Shown piece by piece: positions 57,394-64,000 of a DNA stretch of 64,000 bases. The stretch comes from the human T2T-CHM13v2.0 reference genome, Homo sapiens. The notes under the pieces are model-generated. The model worked only from the letters and a program-made list of their open reading frames with translations, was not told the origin of the DNA and made no database searches. The stretch's first letter is position 1, and each line of letters begins with the position of its first letter. Both the position numbers and the translations under genes were made by a program. The stretch lies in NCBI RefSeq assembly GCF_009914755.1, contig NC_060926.1. One strand, given 5' to 3'.

Positions 57394-58509
57394 TAGACTG
57401 ACTGAATAGATTAAAAAACCCAACAAAACCTAACTATATGCGGCCTATGAGAAACTCATCTCTAATGACATACATAGGCTGAAAGTGAAGGGATGGAAAA
57501 GGATATTTTATGCAAATGGAAAACAAAAGCAAGCAGGAGTAGCTTTGTCTATATCAACAAAATAGGCTTCAAGTCAAAAGCTGTAAAGGGAAGCAAAGGA
57601 CATTATATGATAAAAAAGGGAATAATTCAGCAAGAGAGTATAACAATTGTTAATATATATGCACCCAATACTGGGACACCCAGGTATATAAAGTAAATAT
57701 TTTTAGGTTTAAAAAGAGAGATAGAGCCCAATACAACAATAGTTGGGGACTTTAACAAAACTCAAGTATCAGCATTGGACAGTTCATGTAGACAGAAAAT
57801 CAATAAAATTGGATTTAAATGGCACCATAGAACAAATGGACTAACATACATTTGTAGAACATTTCACTCAATAGCTGCAGAATACAATTCTTTTCATCAA
57901 CACATGGAACATTCTCTAGGATTGATTGTATGTTAGGACACAAAACTAATCTCAACAAATTTTTAAAAATTGAAATCACACCAAGTATCTAACCACAATG
58001 AAATAAAATAGAAATCAACAGGAGAAACATTTGAAAGTATATAAATAGGTGGAAATTAAACAACATATTCCTGAACAAACCCGGTGAAGTAGCAAATTAA
58101 GAAAGAATTTAAAAATTCCTTGTAACAAATGAAAACAAACACAACATACCAAAACCTATGAAACATAGCAAAAGCAGTATCAAGAAGCAAATTTATAGTA
58201 ATAAATGCCTACATCAAAAAACAAGAAACATTTCAAATAAATAACAATGCATCTCAAAGAACTAGAAAAGAAAGAACAAGACATACCCCAAATTGGTAGA
58301 AGGAAAGAAATAATAAAGATCAAAGCAGAAATAAATGAAATTGAGACAAAAATATAAAAGATCAACAAAAGTTATTTAAAAAGATAAATAAAACAGACAA
58401 AACATTAGCTAGACTAAGAAAAAAAGAATCCAAATAAATAAAATCATACATGAAAAAGGAGACATAACAAGATACCACAGAAAAGATATCATCTTTTTTT
58501 GTTAGTTAT

Positions 58510-58808
58510 TGTTATTATTATTTTTTTAGACAGGGTCTTGCTCTGTCACCCAGGCTGGAGTGTAGTGACCTGAACATGGCTCACTGCAGCCTTGATTTCT
58601 TGGGCTCAAGTGATTCTCCTGCCTGAGCCTCCCATGTAGCTGGGATCACAGTACCATGTCACTGTGCCTGGCTAATTTTTTTGAGTTTTTGTAGAGATGG
58701 GGACTCACTGTGTTGCTCAGGTTGACCTTGAATTCCTGGGCTCAAGTGATCTTCCCATCTCAGCCTCCTGAAATGTTGGGATTATAGGCATGAGCCATTG
58801 TGTGTGAC
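58510..58808 (-). mobile_element. AluJ
   Basis: Diverged Alu in L1 ORF2. Confidence 0.9.
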
Positions 58809-61800
58809 TAATGATATTTAAGACTACTATGAATAGCTATATACCAATAAACTCGTAAACCCAGAGGAAATGGATAAGTTCCTGGACACATACACCTACC
58901 AAGATTGAACCAAGGAGAAACAGAAAACCTGAACAGAAAATAGCAAGTAATATGATTTAATAAGTAATAAAAAGTCCTCAAACAAAGAAAAGTCCAGGAC
59001 CAGATGGCTTCACTACTGAATTCTACCAAATCTTTAGAGAGAAATTAATACCTACTTTTCTCAAACTATTCCAAAAAATCAAAGTAGAGGAAATTTTTCC
59101 TAACTTACTTTATGTGTCTAGCATAACCCTGATATCAAAACCAGACAATGACACAATAAAAAAGAAAACTACAGGCAAATATCCCTTATGTACATAGATG
59201 CAAAAATCTTCAACATAATACTAGCAAACCTATCCAAAAACACATTGATAGGATAATACCACCGTGATCAAATGGGATTTAGCAAGGAATGCAAGGATGT
59301 TTCAACATATGCAAATCAATAAATGTGATACATTACATCGACAGGATGAAGGACAAAAACGATATCATCTTCTCAATAGATGCGGAAAAAGCATTTTATA
59401 TAATTCAACATTATGATGAGAACTCTAAATAAATTAGTTATAGAAGGAAGGCACTTCAACACAATAAAGGCCATATATGACAAACTGCATCATACTAAAT
59501 GGGGAAAAGCTGGAAAGTTGTCCTGTAAGAACTGGAAAAAGACAAGGATGCCCACGCTTACCACTCTTATTCAACATAGTACTGGAAGTCCTAGCCAGAG
59601 GAACCAGTCAAGAGAAATAATTAAAGGATACTCGAATTACAAAGGAGAAAGCAAAATTGTCTCTGTGTGCAGATGATATGATCTTAAGTAGAAAAACCTG
59701 AAATTCCTATCAAAAAATGCTTAGAATTGATAAACAAATTCAGTAAAGTTGCAGGGTACAATATCAACATACCAAAATAAATAGCATTTCTATATACAAA
59801 CTAGCTGAAAAAGAATTCACAAAGGTAATCCCGTTAACAATAGCTACAGAAAAAAAAAACAAACAAAATCTCTAGGAATAAATTTAACCGGGAAGGTTAA
59901 AGACCTCTACAAGGAAAACTACAAAATGCTGATGAAAGAAATGGAAGAGAATTGAATGCAAACAAATGGAGAAACATCCCATGCTTAGGCCCATCAATTG
60001 GAAGAATTAATATTGTTAAAATGGCCATACTGCCCAAAGCAATCTACAGGTTCAATGTAATCCCTATAAAAATATGAATGACATTCTTTACAGAAATAGA
60101 AAAAAAAAATCTTAAAATTTGTACAGAACCACAAAAGACTCCAAATAGCCAAAGGAATCCTGAGCAAAATAAACAAAGCTGGAGGCATCATACTACTAGA
60201 CTTTAAAATGTACTACAAAGTTATACAAACCAAAATACATGGTACTGGCATAAAAACAGAAACACAGACCAACTGAACAGAATAGAGAATCCAGATATCA
60301 ATTCATATCCAAAGCCAACTGATTTTTGACAAAAGTGCCAAGAACATACACTGGGGAAAGGGCAGTCTATTCAATAAATGGTGCTGGGAAAACTGGTTAT
60401 TCCTATGCAGAAGAAGAAACTAGACTCCCACCTCTCACCCTATACAAAAATCAATTCAAAATAGATCAAAGACCTAAATGTAAGACCTAAAACTATAAAA
60501 CTACTGGAATCAAACATAGGGGAAAATGCTTCAGGACATTAGTGTGGGAAAAGATTTTATGAATAGGACCTGAAAATCACAGGCAACCAAAGCAGAAACT
60601 AATAAATATGATTATATCAAACTAAAAAGCTTCCACACAGCAAAGGAAACAGTCAACAGAGGGAAAAGACATCCTGCAGAATGGGAGAAAATATTTGCAA
60701 ACCATTTATCTGACAGGGGATTAATATCTAGAATATAAAAGGAACTCAAACATCTCAACAGCAAAACCCCCAGATAATCCTATTTTAAAAAGGGCAAATG
60801 ATGTGAACAGTCATTTCTCTATTCAGAAGTCATACAAATGGCCAAAAATATATTTCAAAATGCCAACATCACTAGTCATCAGGGAAATGTAAATCAAAAC
60901 CACAGTTAGGTATCATTTCACCCTAGTTTGGATGGGTACCAAAAAGACAAAAAATAACTCATGCTGGCAAGGATGCAGAGAAAAGGGAACTCTTACACAC
61001 TGTTGGTGGGAATGTAAACTAGTACAGCCACTGTGGAAAACAGTATGGAGATTCCTTGAAAAACTCCAAATAGAACTACCATATGATCCAGCAATCCTAC
61101 TACTGGACATTCATACAAAGGAAAGAAAAACAGTGTATCAAAGAGATATCTGCACCCTCTTGCTTATTGCAGCACTATTCACAATAGCCAAGATAAGGAA
61201 TTAACCTAGGTATTCAACAACAGATCAATGGATGAAGAAAATTTGGTTTATATACATTGCAGAATACTATTCATCCATAAAAAGGGATGAAATCCTGTTA
61301 CTCATGACAACATAGATGGAACTGGAGGACATTGTGATAAGTGAAATAAACCAGGAAGAGACAGCACTGCATGTTCCCACTCATATGTAGAAGCTAAAAA
61401 CTTCTTGATCTCATTGAAGTAGAAAGTAGAACAGACCATACTAGAAGCTGGGAAGGGTCTTCCTCACTAGTTCTTAAGCCAAGGACCAATATGGAGGTTA
61501 GAGTAACTGCCAAATATATCAATCCTAATTATATATTTGAAGACCAGGGACATATATACTGGCTGGGTGTGCACATCTAGTGGATCCACTGTATGCTGGA
61601 TCTTGCTCAGGATTGCATTTATTACTTAATTCATATTTTTCTAATAGGGAAAACATGATGATGTTTCAGGTCTTTAGGTATTTATGAAGTTCAAACTCTG
61701 TGTCCAGTAGTCCTCAAAATGTTTGAGTATGCCCCTTTTCTCAATGTGTAGTTTCCCAAGTAAATGTCCGTAGGTCTTTATGAAGAAGGACTGAAGAAAT

Positions 61801-61977
61801 TATTACCATGTATAACGTGCCATGTTGTTACAGGGTCCTTCCTTCTGCAGACCTAGCCACCTTTTCAATCATTGGGGTTTAGCTCTGAAAATTGGTTCAT
61901 ATCCCAAAACCAGGTTAGGAGTTGTTAATTTTTTTTGTGTGCATGATCATTCTCAGTCTCTGTCTACATTTAATTGA

Positions 61978-62304
<327 letters not shown>

Positions 62305-62803
62305 AGTAGTACTCTTCTTAATTGCCCATCTAATTTTCCTCTAGATAAATGTTCTATTAACCATCTCTATAACTCTCTACACATCACGACCCCCTTGGCT
62401 GCCATTCTTGCTCTTTTGGTCATTATGACAATTATGATCCCCTGGCTTCTGGCCGTAAAGTGTCATCACCTGGCTCCTATTTTCCCATTGCTATTTCTGA
62501 AGCAAGTTCTCCTACTGCCATCCCTGGCCAACAGAGGAGAGTCATCACTACATATTTTAGTGATGCTGGTGCTCCTCTTACCAGTGTATTTCCTATGGCC
62601 TTGGTAGGTTAAATGGTGTGTCCTCTTGGCCTTCCAGTGGAACATAATCAGCTGGTGGTCTTTTAGCTATGCATCAATTTCAGTGTGCGTACTTCTCTGA
62701 GTCGTTTAATCCTATCTTCCACTGTTTCCCACGGCCATTATGGCATTTCAACTTCACTTAGTGTGCACCATCACTTTTTAAAATGTTTCTATGAGCCATC
62801 CTA

Positions 62804-62919
62804 GGAATGAATTTACATTATCTCCTAGGGGTCCTAGCCAGGATGTTAAATTCTGCATCTTGGAATGAATTTACAACATCTCCTAGGAGTCCTAGCCAGG
62901 GTGCTAAATTCTGCATCTT
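62804..62919. repeat. 58-bp tandem duplication (2 copies)
   Basis: ggaatgaatttaca...ctgcatctt x2, 5 mismatches. Confidence 0.92.
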
Positions 62920-63069
62920 GGGAGAATTTTCCTAGGTGACTGAACTATTCCTAATACAATTTATGTTCTGGTGCCTTAATTAAACACCTTCAGAACCTGG
63001 TCCCACATGTACTCCTCAGGTTCTTGCTGGTATATAATGCCTAGATTTTGCACTTGTTTCAAGTATAAT

Positions 63070-63135
63070 TTCCTTCCTTCCTTCCTTCCTTCCTTCCTTC
63101 CTTCCTTCCTTCCTTCCTTCCTTCCTTCCTTCCTT
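63070..63135. repeat. (CCTT)n microsatellite
   Basis: Direct reading. Confidence 0.95.
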
Positions 63136-64000
63136 CTCCTTCCCCCCCTTTTTTTGAGAGAGTGTCATTCTGTAGCCCATGCTAGATTCTTTTTCTTTTA
63201 TAAGGGCTACAATTTCCTCAATTGGGTTAGGCTGAAACTTAATTCTAATTATGGTTCTCATAGCTCAGAGGAGAGCCGGGGCTAGGTACTAAAGAGACAT
63301 ATATTGTCTTGCAGGGCAGAGGCCTCTGAATTATCTTCTACCACCTGGGGTGGTGATGGCTGGGGATGTATGGCGATGCATGGGAGCTGGATGGAGGATG
63401 GAGGTCAGCTGTACTAGCTCTCAATGAGGAGAGGTCTAATTTTAAAGTCTCAGTAGGTCAAGAGGAGTCTAAGGAGTCAAAATCTAAGGTATCCACCAAG
63501 ATGTCCACATTTCATGTGCTCCAGTTACATGTTTTTTCAACCAAGTTCTTGGTCTTTGTACACAGACCTGCTTTGGTTGCATATATAATTGTCTTTGAAG
63601 TTTAGCCACTCTGACAATTAAGTCCTGGGCTTAGTTCTTGCTTTCTGTGCCCTCCCACTGTGGGAAATGATAGTATAAAATTGAAGAGGTCTGCTGGCTT
63701 TCACATGTGGCTTTCAATTGCCTGTTACTCTTATTCGTTTGTTATCTACTATTGGGCATCAATGGGGCTTTGAAATAATAATCTAAATGTATTACCCTTT
63801 TAGTCACTGTTTCCTCCATGCTAGTGTATTGCCTTCCATCAGTACACCCTCCCAATTTGTTACCAGGGAATGTTTTAATAACTGGATGTCACTTGGCTGT
63901 CTGTGCTCTACCTACCCATCACTGATGGAATCTTCATTGTCATTTCATGCTCCATAGTTTCACCTTACTGCTCATTTTTGAGACCACTCCCAGGGCCAAC

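Overview
Human (primate) genomic DNA. The window starts inside the last coding exon of TBR1 (T-box brain 1, chr2q24.2, + strand; C-terminus ...[12 protein letters not shown], stop at 580-582), followed by its ~1.6 kb 3'UTR with AATAAA at 2203. Two GC/CpG-rich islands lie just downstream (~3.4-3.7 and ~4.2-4.8 kb), then ~5 kb of AT-rich unique sequence with no Alu/L1. From ~10 kb on, the window is increasingly repeat-dense DNA toward SLC4A10: ~23 Alus, several L1s (a near full-length L1PA7/8-like on -, a near full-length L1MA-like on + with a tandem-monomer 5'UTR), MaLR LTRs, DNA-transposon fossils (MER1, MER5, MER8, MER20, MADE1, Zaphod/MER115), MIR/L2 and an ERVL-type internal segment at the right end. 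I found no other protein-coding gene and no convincing undescribed biological system. The most interesting points are the TBR1 frameshift hotspot with all three frames open, paired miRNA seed sites in the 3'UTR, the orphan downstream CpG islands, a three-layer L1 nest that mimics an inversion, a template-switch palindrome inside L1, and a run of 14 same-strand Alus. Repeat subfamily calls come from remembered consensus sequences, not RepeatMasker, and their boundaries are approximate.
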